Below are positions 38,301-51,043 of a DNA stretch of 64,000 nucleotides, piece after piece (position 1 is the first letter of the stretch; each line of letters starts with the position of its first letter). The stretch lies in contig CP158635.1 of assembly GCA_050273025.1 (NCBI GenBank), forward strand, positions 3,968,001 to 4,032,000, written 5' to 3'. The translations under genes were made by a program, and so were the position numbers. Below the pieces are notes generated by a model, which ran no database searches, was not told the origin of the DNA, and saw only the letters and a program-made list of their open reading frames with translations. Origin of the DNA: Cenococcum geophilum. Lineage: Eukaryota.

Positions 38301-41300
38301 TACTAAGATTAAGAAGTAAGACGACTTTAAGGATCTACTTATAAGATGTAAAAGGAAAGAAACTATAGAGGAATTTAGAGTGTAAATTACCTTATAGCAA
38401 GAACAGAAACTAGATAAGAGATTTAGTATACTAGGTTGTATAAGGGACAAAGTACCTATATAAAGAATTACTAATAGGCCTAGGGTAGGTATACTAAGAG
38501 CTAAATAGCTTATTAAACTGGAATAAGAAGAGGATCTAGGGATTTTAACTAGGTTTAAGGACCAACATATTAAGAGCTGTTACGACGTAGTAATAAGAAG
38601 ATACTTTCTTATAGATAAGCCGTATATACTTTAGCAGCTATATTAAAAGTGGTATAGACAAAGGCATAATAATAAGTAGGAAGATTTCTATATGTGGCTA
38701 AATAAAAAAAGTTATCTAAGACTACCCAATTATAGAGAAGGCTATAAATTATATTAAAGGAGTTTTAATTATAATATTAAAGGATCTAAAGGAATAATTA
38801 GAGGACTAGAGAAGCGAGAGGCGTATCTTAGTACCTACGAACAAAGTCACGACGTTTAGATTAATATAGTAGAGGTTTAAACTTAAGAATAAAGATAAAC
38901 TAAGAGTTAACCTAAAGCACCTAGTATACTATACGCTATTATGGATTGTATGCGTGGATAATATATATAATATACACAAGAATCCAAAGGAAAAGAATTA
39001 AAAATACCCTAAGAGGATATATTGGCTGGCAGAAGAATAAAGATATAGAAATGCTAAGTATATATATAGTTAGCGTTTAGTAAAAGTTTAGGAGTTAGGA
39101 GACTTAATACTTTAGCTAAGAAGATTCCTTACGGAAGAATGCCTAGATAGATAATAGTGGTGGAAATACCTAGAGAACACGTATCTATAGTATAATAAAG
39201 ATAAAAAGCGAACTAAGTATTAGCCTAAGTTAGACTAAGTATAAATAGGATTAAGCAGCTAATAGTTAGGAAAAGTAGAGGCCTATAGGACTAGAGGGAA
39301 CTAGTAGTAGAGCCTTAGACCCTTAAAGGAATTTAAGGATAACACCTAAATTTACAAGTTAATTGGCAAGATTAATAGTTTAAGGCATTAATAGATAGTG
39401 GAGTAATAAGGAACTATATCTCGCCAATAGCAGTTAAAAGGATAGGTTTACTATATAGAGAAAAGGAATATCCTTACCTATTAGTAACAATTTTAGGAGA
39501 TCTAATAACCTATAAAGGAGGGATTATCAATCTTAAAATAGGACCTATTTAGTTAACTATTAAAGGGAGATAAATTAAGATGTCTTTTAATATATTACTA
39601 TTAGGGAATAATAAGGTAGTATTAGGAATACCTTAGTTATAGGAATACAATCTAAAGATTAATTGGATTATAGGTTAAGTTAATATTAGGGATACTTAAC
39701 GCCGTAAAATGTAATAATAAGCTAAGTTAGTATAGTACTAAGTTAGAGTAATATATAAAGAGATTAAATAAGGCTTAAGTTATATACTAAAGAGATACTA
39801 TAAGTATAGTAAAAAACTATAGTTACTAAAGAGTAAGAAGCTATTAGAGTATATAGTATAAAACTATAAAATAGAATTAGAACTAGAAATAAGTCTAAGG
39901 TTCTTTCTAATCTATAAGCTTACTAAAGAAAAGGGTAGAGTATTAAAAGAGTTTATTTAAGAAAACCTATAAAAGGGATATATTAGACTATTATAGTTAT
40001 TAGCGGGTTATCTAGTACTGTTTATACTAAAGAAAAATAGCAAGCTAAGACTATGCATTAACTATAGATAGTTAAATAGTATTACTTAGAAGAATAGGTA
40101 TCCTTTACCCTTAATTAGCGAAATCTAAGATAGGATAGGTAATGCGTAAATCTTTACAAAGATAGATCTAAGATAGGCGTACTATTAGATTAGAATTAAG
40201 GAAGGCAATAAATAAAAGGCAGCCTTTAGGTTAAAGGAAGGACTATATAAACTATTAGTTATATAATTTAGGCTTATAAACGCACTAGTAACGTTCTAAA
40301 AGTATATTAATAATATATTAGGAGAATACTTAGATAAATTTATTATAGTATATCTTAACGATATTATTATTTACTTAATAACTAAGGAAGAACACGGAGA
40401 ACACGTTAAATGGGTCTTAAAGAGACTATAAGAGGAATAGATATTAGTAGCAATTAAGAAATACGAGTTCTTTACTAGGAAGACTAATTTTATTAGATTT
40501 ATTATTAAACTAGGCTAACTTAGTATAGATTTAAAGAAGATTAAGGCTATAGTAAATTAGTAAGAACTAGAGAACGTTATATAGTTAAGATTATTTTTAG
40601 GGTTTTATAATTACTATAGAAGGTTTATAGCGCAATAGTTAAAGGATATTAAACTATTTACGCGACTAATAAAGAAAGAAGAACTATAGGTATAGGGATA
40701 AAAATAGAGAGAACTTTTTAGAAAAGTTAAAGAGTTATTTACCTAGGAGCTAGTTCTAAAGATCTATTAACTAGAACTAGAAATGGTTATAGAAACAAAT
40801 ATATTAAACTATATACTAGGGGCGTACCTTATATAAAAATATTAAAATAGATAGTACCTAGTGGTATACTATAGTTAAAAGATAATACTACTAGAGTTAA
40901 ACTATAACATTTATAATAAGGAGTTATTAGGTATAGTTATAGTATTAAAAAAATAAAGAGTATTCTTATAAGGTATAAAGAAACTATTTATAGTTAAAAT
41001 AGATTATAAGAACCTAATAGGATTTCTAATAATAAAGGAACTTAACTAAAGATAGGTTAAATGGGTAGAGATGCTTATAGAATACTATTTTAAGATTTAG
41101 TATATTAAGGGTATAGATAATATATAAGCAGATGCTCTAAGTTAGAAGGCTAAACTATAGAATAATAAAAAGCTATTAGGGGCTTTACTACGAAAAAACA
41201 TAGACGGATTAATTAGGTATAATTATCTAAAGATTATAGCAACTTAAGAGGAACTAAAAAGGGTTTATAAATTACCAGAAAGCTTTTAGGTATAAAGAAT

Positions 41301-41320
41301 TCTAAAAGTATAACTAGAAG

Positions 41321-44300
41321 TGTTTGTACTAACTTAATAGCACGAGTGAGTTAGATCCAGGGGCACGAAATACGTGTAGTATCGTATGCTCTTTTGGATG
41401 ATGGTAACTGTCGATTCTATAAAGCAGACTACGTAGTCTATATACTGATGCACCTCCCCCCTAATTAGTTAGTGCTTCATAAGTGCACTAGACGCGTAAG
41501 CGGGTGGTTAGTGCACCGAACGCGTAATCGCGTACTTAGTGCACCGAACGTATAGGCACGCGGTTAGTGCAATAGGTGCTGTAATTATACACTAGCGGTA
41601 CTTAAAAAATGAAACCGCCTATATACAGCCTCCGTAATTTCTTTAATAAAACTACAAAATACAAAGGAAAATACATAGGAAATCTCCCCTGAGGTGCCGT
41701 CTAGGCTGCCTTCTAAACGGTGCTTTAAGCTAGCCATAAGTCCTACTTACGGTCCGTAAAATAAACCGTACGGCCTTTTAACGGGCCGTAGACGAACCGT
41801 AAGTTAGATCTTAAGGGCCGCTAAGGCGCTAGTGCTAAGCGAGCTAATGGCGATTTTCTATCCTGGGGATAGAAAATCGTGATTAGTTAATTTAACTACC
41901 CTATAAAATTCGGCAAGTTACGTAAGTCTACTAAATTCAACCGTAGCTTTCTACCGTTTTCCACCTGTACCGTATAACGAGCCGTACGGCCTTCCAACGG
42001 GCCGTAGACGTACCGTAGGTGCTCTGTTAGTCCCGTTCTACCTATTTTATAACTTCTAGGTTAAGCTTATTCGTGTTAATTAGGGTTTTAAGGGCTTAAT
42101 ACGGCTTTGCCTTAGTTATGGCGTCTACTAGGTTATTTCCGCCGCTGATTTATTTAACCTCCGCAATTTCACGTCGTTCGTAAGCCTAATGTAAGCACAT
42201 TAGGTCGACTATAAGCCTCTTCTCTTATATCGTACCTAGTTTAACTAGGCAGTTATAAAGGGACTTTAAATTAGTGCATAAAACTAGGGGTAACTGCTCT
42301 AGTTATAGAATCTTCTAGACTGTTAATTTAATTGCGGCTGCTATATTAAAGCTATAAGCTAGTACGTATAGTTCGGAAGCTAGTACGCTACGGGTTACTT
42401 ATTTGCATTTAATTAAGGACTAGTATAGTATATTTACGTCCTAATTATAGTCCGTAAGTACAATTATAAAGCCGATTTATAATAATAGGTCTTTATTATT
42501 AGTAAAGGAGGCGTCTGTAAATGCTAGTAAGCTAAGGGAACTTAGGTCTAGTGGTACGAAAGTAAGTCCCCTTACTGCATTGTTAATTTGCCACTAAATG
42601 CACTTATTAAGCTGCTTAATATTTTCTTCTTATAGATCTACTGCCTAGGCCGTAAAGGATAAATTATAAGTAGATTTAGGTTACAGACTATAGTAATATA
42701 GGTGCCTCTTGCACGCTGTATAACGTATTAGTCCTTTATATTTACGGTCTTACGGGTCTCTCTACGGGAACTAGTAAGGTCCGTAGGCTTTACTATAACA
42801 AGCTTTAGGTTTTAAGCTTAGCATTCCTAGGTTAGCTAGATTAAGTTGCCCTTTTATGTAATTAAGCCTCCGTTAAACTTAATTGGAGTTTACTCCGTTA
42901 ACTGCTTTTACGGCTTTGCTAGAAACTTAGCTTCTTATAGTTTAATCTCTTTAGCGTCCGCAAATATCCGGTCTGCTAAGAAGAGGGTATTATTTATTTA
43001 GAGTCTAATAATACTAAGGCCGTTTAATAGGCTGTATAGAAGGCAGGGGTTATAGGTTAACTGTTCTATTTTAAGTTTACTAACGTAGTGCTAGTGGTAT
43101 ATCTTAAACTAATGGTTTCCGGCTTCTAGTACTCCGTAAAGAGGTTTTATAACCCATAAAATTATTCCTGGTTATAGGTTAAGCTCATAGGGTAGTCATA
43201 TAAAGATATCCCTACTTAGGTAGGTATTAGACTACACGTAGGCTTGTAAGATGTCCCGTAAGTAAAGGGCTACGGATTTAGTTTGCTATAGTCTAAGCGT
43301 AAGTGCGAGTATAATCCGTTAACTAACCCGTTAAATTATAGGTAATTGCGTAAGGACTAGGTCCTTTTCCTGGTTATTATAAGCTTATATAACAAGCCTT
43401 AATTTCTTAAAGGCTTTATTAGTACTAGGGTGCTTAATCTTATTAATAAAGCGTAAGTTAAATATACGGACGCCTTACGGAACGTCTCTCTCCATTATAA
43501 TTGCAAAGACACCCTTTTTAAGTAGTCCGTTAATCTCTTTACGCCATAAGTCCGTAAAAGGGGTTTCCTATACTAGAACTAATATATCTATAGGCGGAGA
43601 TTGCTTTACGGATATACCTGCGGAGGTTAGGTAGTTCTCCATTACGGAATTCTTATAGGGGCGTCCTCAGCCACGCTTTATGGCAGGTTTAGTAGGTTTA
43701 GTGGGTTTCTAAGGGACTTCTAGGGTAGGCAAGGGTGCTTCCAGTTCGTCTAATTCAGCGGGTGCTTTTGGTTTATCTAGTTCAATAGGTGCTTCTAGTT
43801 TGTCTGGTTTGACGTCATAGGTGTTTTTGGGCCGAAAGTAGGGTTTTACGGACGTGCTTCTGAAGCTAGTTGGCCCGCTAGGAAGCTATACGCAGCACGT
43901 CTCGTTTTCTACGGCTAGTAAACAGTAGGGTTTGGTCCACTTGCCGCTTTTACGCTATACAAGGACTTTAGAGTTAAGCGGGAGGTTATATACTAAGGTC
44001 GTGTTAGGTCCGTTGCGGTAGTGTAGGGCGTTATTAATAGTTTATTTGGCCCGTAGCTTAACTATCTCAGCTATTGCCTTCCGTATTGCAGCTGCTTGTT
44101 CTATAATAGATGGAGCAGGAGGGTCTAGGTTACTTATCCTTAGGTAGGCCCTATAGACTAAGAGGGTAGGTACTAGTCCGTCTAGGCTAGCGGTGTTGTT
44201 AACGGCTTTTACGGCTATCTGCAGAGCTAGTTCCTTTTAGATATCCTTATATTCGTTTATAATAATTTAGTAGGCTCTCCGTAAAGCTAGGTAAGCTCGC

Positions 44301-47300
44301 TTAATAAGCCTAATGGACTAATGCGCCTTAACTAGAACAGCTTTTGTTGATATAGCTATAGCCGTAGTATACTGCTAGAATTCCTTGCTAATAAAGTTCC
44401 TACCGGCGTTGTGGGTAATATACTTAGGAGGTCTAACGTACGTATCAATCTAGCAGGTCTATAGAATATCCTAAGTATGCTTTGCGGATATATTTTACAA
44501 CTAACGGGCGGCTTAATAGCGGGTTGCCTTATTAATTATATGTAGTACTAGGCTGCCGTTAATATATATAATGTCTACGTATACTAAATAGTTAAAGTTA
44601 AGATCCTTATAAAGGGTGAACTTAAATCGGCCTAGGGAACGTCTATATTTCTAGTAGTAGGAATAGTATTTAGTTAGGTGGTTAATTGCCTTCCTATTAA
44701 CGTTGTTGTGTCTAGAGCGTTTAAGGACTCTATACAGCTTTTTAGTTAACGGGTGGCCGAAACGGCGGTGTAGGCGGTGGATTTCCGTACTGGTAAGGTA
44801 GCACGGGTTATAGTTAAAAGATTCCTAAATGTACGTCTATAAGGTCTCTCCCTATATAAGGAATGGGTGTCTAAATTGTTATATAATTAGTAAGGTGACA
44901 TGCTTATTTCCTAGGGTAGTTGCGTGGCTAATTAGAGTGTCTATAACGTTATTATAGTACACCTATAGCCTATCTATGTCCGTAAGGTAGAGTAGGAAAG
45001 GGGTATCCGCTTTTACTACGTGGAAGTTAACTAGGCTAATTAGAGTCTTAACTGCAACTAATCCGATTAATGCGGTTAAGCTAATACTAAACTAGACGTT
45101 TATGGCCCCAGTCTGCGTAGTATCAATATCTATATTATTATTTGTAGTGGCCTTATATACAAGGTATTGTCCATAGCCTGCAGTGGACTTCTTAGAGGCA
45201 CCTGTGTTAATTATAACACTGTAGAATTCCTTAAGGGTATAGCGTTCTGTGGTGATATATGTAAATAGGTCCTATTCATGGTCTATAACGTCCGTAACAG
45301 GTCTAGCGGGTATGCTTATAGATTGGTTTTTAGGTGCGATTAAGTGTATAAATAAGCGGTCGGCTAATACGGTTATAATATTAAAGGCTTAGCTGTCCGT
45401 AAAAGGTCCAAAAGTGGTTAGGAATGTCTCTAAGGTCTCCTATTCCTAAGCGTCTAAGTTAAAGTCGATTATAAGGGCTTCTATTAACTTATTAAGAGAC
45501 TCCTCCGCTTCCTCTCCTTTGTAGTCTAAGATAAACTAGTTAATCCGATTGTTAAATCTCTTCTTAGACTTATTACGTTCTTCCTAGGTATACCTTATAG
45601 ACCAATATTCTTCCTTACCGCATATAAAGCACTTCTGGCTAGTTTGTCTATGGGGGTATACTTTTATATAGGAGTTGTTGCGGGGGTTATAGGTAGGGCC
45701 TAGTTAATACGGGTACTGCTGGCGGTAGTGGCGGTCCGTAAAGTAGACGTCTAAGTCTGTTTATAGATATTAAATATCCGTAATAAAGGCTTAAGTGCTG
45801 CCTGGTGGGTTTAAGACTTTATACGTTATAATAGAGGAGCGTAGATTATTAATAAGGCCAGCTAAAGTGTCTATAGGCTTGTAATAGGCGTACTTATAGG
45901 GCTCTACTTCCTAGTAGGCCGTAATAAGTTTATTATATAGGAAGTCGTCTATTTGAAGCTTAGCGTTAAGGCCGTGCTATAGGTACCAGAGGTCTTTAAT
46001 GAGAATTTATAGGCACTCTATAGTCGATTTTTCAGTGTTCTTATCAATTACGGTCTATAGCTTGGTTGCATTTCATTAGGTAAGGATATTACGTTTATAT
46101 TCCGGTCCTTTAAAGTAGTTACAGGTAGCTTCGTATAGCTTATTAAAGGGAACACCAAGGGGGTTGCTCTTAAGGTTAGTGTAGTAGTAGTTAAGTGCTA
46201 GGCCGCGCAGCATGGTAGAGTAGGCTTAGCTAAACTTCTATTTAGGAATATCGGCCTTCTAACAGAGGTCCGTAAAGATGGTTAGTTTAAAATCAAAATT
46301 GTTATTTTTACCGCTGTACTTAGATTCGTCGGTATAGAGCTTAGCTAAGTTAGCTAGCTCCTTACCGTAGGTTTTTACTTAGGTAGGTTGCGGATCTATA
46401 ACTTATAGATCTATGGCTTGCGGATATATGGCTTACAGATCTATGACTTAAACAATAGGGGTAATTTAGTCCGTATTTTGGTTTGCGGGGGTATTACGGT
46501 CCGTAACTTAAGTACTAGGTATACTTTGGCCTGTAAGATTAATTCTAAAACTGTTTAGGTTTATAGGACGAATTTGGTTAAGTGGGTTAGGTATAAGGCT
46601 AGCGATTATATTAAGTTTGGAAGAAGTAAAGAGTTCCTTAGTTTCTTGGAACTGGTCTAGGATTTCCTCTTTAGTCTATTCCATTTGGTTCTTCTTATAT
46701 ATTATGTTGTATAAGGACTATATAATAGTAACTTATTTATTCCTTTTAACCCATACACCTTAGTTATATAAGAGGGTCCGTAGGTTACGGATAGTAGTAG
46801 GGTTGCATGCTTTAAAGATAGCTTCTGTAAAGTCCGCGAAGTCTTCCTAGTATTACTCCCATAGGTTAACGTTTATAAGCTTAAAATATTCGTATTTAAG
46901 GACTTTAAATTTAATGTAGTTATTAACGTTAGGTATAGACGTAAGGTCGACTCCCTGCCTCCACTTTTCCTAACCTTTATTAACTTGCTTTTTTAGGTCT
47001 ACTATACTATATTATATAGTGTAGTACGTAGTGGGTAGGAGGGGTCTTATAGTGGTCCGTAAAGGCGGTTGGTGGGTCCATAATAGTTTACGGAAGGGTA
47101 AGAGGTTTTGTAACGGTCCGTAAAGGTAATTAACAGGTCCGTAACGGTTCGTAGAAGGGTAAGGGGTCTCCGTAAGGGGTCTAAAAAGAGGTTAGGGGAG
47201 GTATAGTAGGAATAGGGGTTTAAGGTTTAGGGGTAGGGGTTCTATATAGGTCTGTATTCGCGTCTATTATACTTCTGGTAAACCGTACTAAGACTTAAAT

Positions 47301-47718
47301 AAGTATGCAGAGTTAGAGGTAAGTCCGTAATCCCCAACTTCCAACCTTCTAGCAGGTCGTACTAGGAGTCTAAACGGGTAGTCGCTGTCAAGTATCGCTT
47401 GGGGGAGGTATTAAGTGATTGCTGATCTGTGCGCGCTCACTAATCAGTATTTGTACTAACTTAATAGTATAAGTGAGTTAGATCTAGGGGCACGAAATAC
47501 GTATAGTATCGTATGCTCTTTTAGATAATGGTGACTATCGATTCTATAAAGCAGACTACGTGGTCTATATACTAATGCACCTCCCCCCTAATTAGTTAGT
47601 GCTTTATAAGTGCACTAGACGCGTAAGCGGGTGGTTAGTGCACCGAACGCGTAATCGCGTACTTAGTGCACCAAACGCGTAGGCACGCGGTTGGTGCAAC
47701 AGGTGCTGTAATTATACA
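41321..47718 (-). mobile_element. Full-length Ty1/Copia element, GalEa-like, inserted in G2 pol
   Basis: 271-bp LTRs 41321-41591 and 47448-47718; TSD AGAAG (41316-41320 / 47719-47723); domain order IN-RT-RH. Confidence 0.95.
42030..47010 (-). pseudogene. Copia gag-pol polyprotein (RIP-inactivated)
   Basis: HRRFGHP ~44750-44772, KSRLVVQ ~43385-43405, RDISQAY ~43240-43260, LYGVPEAGNHW ~43112-43143, QTDD ~42990, CTDSKSLYDCL ~42250-42280, NPADAMTK ~42110-42135. Confidence 0.88.
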
Positions 47719-48979
47719 AGAAGATTTATAGGTAAATATATATAAAAATTAAGAAGTAAAGTATATCCTAAAAAGTATAGTAGAGTAGTTTATAGAAGAT
47801 TTCTATAAAGGACTAACTTAAGGATATAACGGAGCCACGGGCTTAGTGTTAAGACTCTAAGAGGAGTATATTATTAATAGAATCTAGGGCTTAGCATAAA
47901 AAGTTATAAAGGAATATCTAAATTACTAAAGGAATAAACTAATAAGGCATAAGCTATATGGAGGGCTATAATCTATTAAAATACTAGAGAGACTATAGGA
48001 GGTTATATTATAGGACTTTATTATAAAGTTACTAAAGTTAAGAGATCCTATTACCGGATAAGATTATAACGCGATTTTAGTAATAGTAGATAAGCTTATA
48101 AAGTGGGGATACTTTATAGCGTATATAGAAGAAATATTAGTAGAAGATGTTACTAGAATCTATATTAAGGAAGTATTTATAAGACATAGAGCACTAAGTA
48201 AAATTATATTAGATAGAGATCTAAGATTTATAGCAGCATTTTAGGAGGTATTCTTAGCGGAGTAAGGAGTTAAAGCAGTAACTTTTACTGTATATTATTT
48301 ACAGACAGACGGTTAGACGGAAAAACTAAATTAGATATTAGAGTAGTATCTAAAACACTATATTAATTACGTATAGAATAATTAGGTATTGCTATTACTA
48401 GTTATATAATTTATATACAATATAACACTATAGGAAGGAATAGGTATATTACTATTTAAGGCGAATTATAAATATAAGCTAAGAATATCGCTATTACTAT
48501 ATTAAGTAAAGAAGATAAGTAGTATAGCTAAAGAAAGAATAAAGACGTTAATAAATCTTTATATAGACCTTATAGAATTAGTAAAGAAAGTATAAAAGAG
48601 AATAAAAAGTACTATAATGCTAAGAGATCTAAGGGACCAGATCTTAAGGAGGGAGATAAAGTATAGCTACTATATAAAATTTTCAAGAGTTAACAACTAA
48701 GTAAAAAGTTAGACTATGTTAGACTAGGACCTTTTAAAATTAAGTAAAAAATTTTACTAGTTATATTTAAGTTAAACTTACTAGCTAAAATAAAGATCTA
48801 CCCTATATAGTATATCGCAATGCTAAAGCTAGTATATAGGAATATTAAGCCACTAGTTTATAAAGTAGATACGTATAGAGGATAAGAGGAAGATAAATAG
48901 TAAGTTTTAAAGATCGTTAATTATAAGGACATTAATAATGAAATATAGTATAAGGTTAAGTAGATAGGCTACACTAAGA

Positions 48980-49664
48980 CTACCTAGGAACTACTAGAAA
49001 ATTTAAAGAATGCTATAGAAAAGGTATAGAAGTATTAGAAGAAATTAGGTTAGGTAGTATTAATAAAAAAGGATTGCTAAAGAATAAGTTACCTAAGGGG
49101 GACCTAAGAAGAGCAGTTGCCGAGCTACTTAGATCTATTTCCTTCTCTATTAGAGAAGAATTTATTCTTTTATTACTAAGTTCCTATAGACCCTATTTTA
49201 TAAGTTTCTACTCTTTAAAATAAACCTTCTTATAGACCTTCTTAAGACGGAGTAAACGAGTAGACGCCGCGATGTAAGCATTTAAGGCCTTTTATTCTGC
49301 GTCCTAAGAACGTTCTAATTTAGTAAAGGCTTAAGATAGTTTACTATCTAGTTGCGTAGCAGTAGATTAAATATAAAACCCTAAGATAAATTAATTAGGG
49401 AACTAGATGACTATTAAAAGTAATAAATTGCGTATATTTAGTATTAGATATAGAGCGAATGTTATAAGACGAACAAATATTCACTTTAGTGCACTTTAAG
49501 TAAGAGGATAATTATTATAAAGATAGATTCGCTAACGTAATATAAACTAACCCCTCTTTTAAATAGCAAGAATATAAAGACGGTATAATCTCACTAAGAG
49601 ATAATATCGCAGTAATAGTGTAAGTACGACGTTGGGCATGTAAAGAAGAAATTACTTTAGGTAT
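48980..49664 (-). pseudogene. Antisense Zn2Cys6-like/coiled-coil gene of G2
   Basis: Colinear with the other copies, 685 bp. Confidence 0.62.
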
Positions 49665-51043
49665 AATAAGCAATAATATTAACCAAATTAATTAGACGGA
49701 TATTATACCTCTAGTAAATAACTTAAAGATATTAGAAATCTTTAAGGATAAAGATAAAAAGGAGGGAGATAGTATTATAGACGCTTTAAGTACAATATTA
49801 TAACTACTTAAGAAAGAGTTGGAAAAAGCTAGTTAGTTAATATAAGTACGGTTTAGAATAGAGCCGATAGAACTATATAATAAGGAATAGTAACTAAGGT
49901 TATATAATATACTACGTATTAAATAAGAGGAATAAGAGGAACTTATGTACCTTATATATAAGACGTATATTATATATAAGAAGGATTTTATAAAAGTACG
50001 GTTATATATTTAAGGACCCTTAATCCCTACCTAGATAGTTTCTTCCTTATAGTAATTCTCAGAATATAATTAGAGTTAATTTATTAGGCAACTACTCTAC
50101 TAGTTATTATTACGTTGTTAACTTCTATACTTATATTACCTATATACCTAACCTAATAACGAGCCTACCGTAGTTCCTGCTATAAGGTTCCGTTATAGTA
50201 ATAGTAGATAAGCTTATAAAGTGGGGATACTTTATAGTATATATAGAAGAAATATTAGCAGAAGATGTTGCTAAAATCTATATTAAGGAAGTGTTTATAA
50301 GATATAGGGCACTAAGTAAAATTATATTAGATAGAGATCTAAGATTTATAGTAGTATTTTAGAAGGTATTCTTAGCGGAACAAGAAGTTAGAGTAGTAAC
50401 TTTTACCGTATATTATCCGTAAATAGATAGTTAAATAAAAAGACTAAATTAGATACTAGAGCAGTATTTAAAGCACTATATTAATTATATACAGAATAAT
50501 TAGGTATTATTATTACTAGTTATATAGTTTATATATAATACAATACTATAAGAAGAAATAGGCATATTACTATTTAAGGCGAATTACGGATATAAGCTAA
50601 GAATATTGCTATTACTATATTAAGTAAAAAAGATAAGTAGTATAGCTAAGTAAAGAATAGAGATATTAATAAATCTTTATAAGAACCTTATAGAAATAAT
50701 AAAGATAGTATAATAAAGAATAAAAAGGTACTATAATGCTAAGAGATTTAAGGAACTAGATCTTAAGGAGGGAGATAAAGTATAGCTACTATATAAAAAT
50801 TTTAAGAGTTAACAACTAAGTAAGAAGTTAAACTATGTTAGACTAAGACCTTTTAAAATTAAATAAAGGATTTTACTAGTCACGTTTAAGTTAAACCTAC
50901 TAGCTAAAATAAAGATCTACCCTATATAGTATATTATAATACTAGAGCCAGTATACAGAAGTGTTAAACTGCTAATTTATAAAGTAGACACGTATAGAGG
51001 ATAAGAAGAAGATAAATAGTAAGTTTTAAAGATCGTTAGCTAT

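Larger units (their letters stand above)
27986..50197 (+). mobile_element. Gypsy family G copy G2, inserted in the G1 integrase
   Basis: TSD GTAAT (27981-27985 / 50198-50202); split 5' LTR 27986-28024 + 35888-36273; 3' LTR 49773-50197; both LTRs share the variant cctaccgtagttcctgc. Confidence 0.92.
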
